64,000 nt of DNA, from the IMG/VR virus record IMGVR_UViG_3300033073_001153, positions 96,001 to 160,000 of that record; one strand, 5' to 3'. Under the pieces are notes generated by a model, which ran no database searches, had not been told where the DNA came from, and worked only from the letters and a program-made list of their open reading frames with translations. This document shows, piece after piece, positions 62,881 through 64,000 of the stretch; positions within the stretch are counted from its first letter, which is position 1; each line of letters opens with the position of its first letter. The DNA comes from a virus (taxonomy: Duplodnaviria > Caudoviricetes). Position numbers and translations under genes: made by a program.

Positions 62881-63944
62881 AGTTTATGGGGAGAAATTTC
62901 CTTACCATCAAGCATAGCAAAAGCAATTCCAAAATCATTAGGAAATGCTTTGATGATTATTTCAGCTTGTTCCTTTCTTGTTAAAGTTTTGAAATAATCG
63001 AGTTTCAATAAGTTTTTGATTACTCCAGTCATGTCTTTAATATGCTGCCATTTAATATACAATTCTGAAATAAGAGTATTTAAAGTAGTAACCAACTCCC
63101 AATCGAAATTCTTTGCTAATTCTTCTTCGAATTTATCTCTCTTAGGAGTACCATATTCTACAAAAATATCAAATAAATGATCTACTGTTTTAACACCAGT
63201 GAATACTCGATGCAATTCGAGATAACGAAGAGTCTTAATCTTTTTTAATATTTGTCCAGATTCATCATAAATCACAACACCTTCGATATCTTTCAAAGGT
63301 TCGATTTCTTTCTTCAATAATTCTACATCATTTAAATTAAATGTGTATGTTTTTGGACGTTCTACTCCTAATGTTTTAGCACATAAATCCAAAACATCTT
63401 GTGATAGATATTCATAAGTATTATTATCTATAATACCAATTAACCAAAGAGTAGGTTCTTCTGATTCTCTTAATACAATACGATTACTTGGAGTTGTCCA
63501 TTCAAACAAAAGAGTAAATCTTTCTGAAGTTACAAAATAATCAGAAAATACTCTTGGATATTTATTCTTTAAGAATTCTATCTCATGTCCATTTTCTAAT
63601 TTAGTTGCATCGACGGTTCCGCGAGTACGAACGATAAGTTCATTATTACTAGAACTCACGATTAAAAGTGAACCGTCTAGTTTAGTAATTGCTTTGAATT
63701 TACTAGTATTACCTAATGGTTCAAACTCTGGTTGTTCTCCATAATTTACGAATTTTCGAAACCCCGCACTAATTAATTTACCATCATTTTTTCTCCAAAG
63801 AGAAGAACGAAAATACTTATTTTGTTCGTTCCACTTTATCCCCATGTCCTTGGGAGTAACTAATACACATTCGTCTCCAGCAATTATACAATCTTTAATT
63901 TGAAATTGTTCTGGATCTGGTAAACCAATTTCATATAAATTCAT
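62853..63944 (-). CDS. T4 Rnl1-like RNA ligase
   Basis: KFVNYGE, motif I KLDGSL, FEW..P.NRIV, EGVVI, KIK. Confidence 0.85.
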   Translation of the reverse strand: MNLYEIGLPDPEQFQIKDCIIAGDECVLVTPKDMGIKWNEQNKYFRSSLWRKNDGKLISAGFRKFVNYGEQPEFEPLGNTSKFKAITKLDGSLLIVSSSNNELIVRTRGTVDATKLENGHEIEFLKNKYPRVFSDYFVTSERFTLLFEWTTPSNRIVLRESEEPTLWLIGIIDNNTYEYLSQDVLDLCAKTLGVERPKTYTFNLNDVELLKKEIEPLKDIEGVVIYDESGQILKKIKTLRYLELHRVFTGVKTVDHLFDIFVEYGTPKRDKFEEELAKNFDWELVTTLNTLISELYIKWQHIKDMTGVIKNLLKLDYFKTLTRKEQAEIIIKAFPNDFGIAFAMLDGKEISPHKLWKTYCIWK

Positions 63945-64000
63945 AATTATTCATTAATCCAAGATTTTGAAATAATATTTTCGCTATTATCTTTCTGAAT

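Noticed and set aside
1-64000. Stop-codon reassignment, as in some jumbo phages
   Set aside because: Known genes translate full length in the standard code, TAA/TAG/TGA all end genes, and no suppressor tRNA was seen

Overview
AT-rich, gene-dense 64 kb segment of a large (jumbo, T4-like) tailed phage genome. Almost all genes are on the - strand and most are small hypotheticals; no core capsid, terminase or polymerase gene was recognised. The host is probably a PVC-superphylum bacterium (Verrucomicrobia/Planctomycetes), inferred from a Tat-exported DUF1501 protein, a DUF1549/PSD1-like protein and a Verrucomicrobia-style outer-membrane beta-barrel. Recognisable genes: HNH and PD-(D/E)xK homing endonucleases, putative holin, RlpA, two SprT proteases, DUF932, C1A protease, UvsE, TilS, RmlC, TROVE/vWA (DUF2828-like), ECF sigma factor, an orphan TnpB-like nuclease, phosphoesterases and an Rnl1-type RNA ligase. 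There are three tRNAs: Tyr-GTA, CAT, and Asn-GTT split by a 187-nt group I intron. Main non-obvious structure: (1) 22 sigma28/FliA-like promoters (TAAA-N15/16-RCCGAYWW) confined to 0-23.5 kb, nine of them leaderless, alongside sigma70-like and T4-late-like TAAATA promoters; (2) unrelated late proteins sharing an N-terminal MNDxxxIWExY tag, a candidate capsid-targeting signal for injected cargo; (3) about 13 small paralogs sharing a C-terminal (F/M)LA(K/R)IKYG(I/F/L) motif; (4) four copies of a TAGAT(G/A)C..ACAGCAA..G(C/T)ATCTAG hairpin and two copies of a covarying structured module around the TROVE gene and tRNA locus, a candidate undescribed ribonucleoprotein system. All family assignments are by motif recognition only; no database searches were run.
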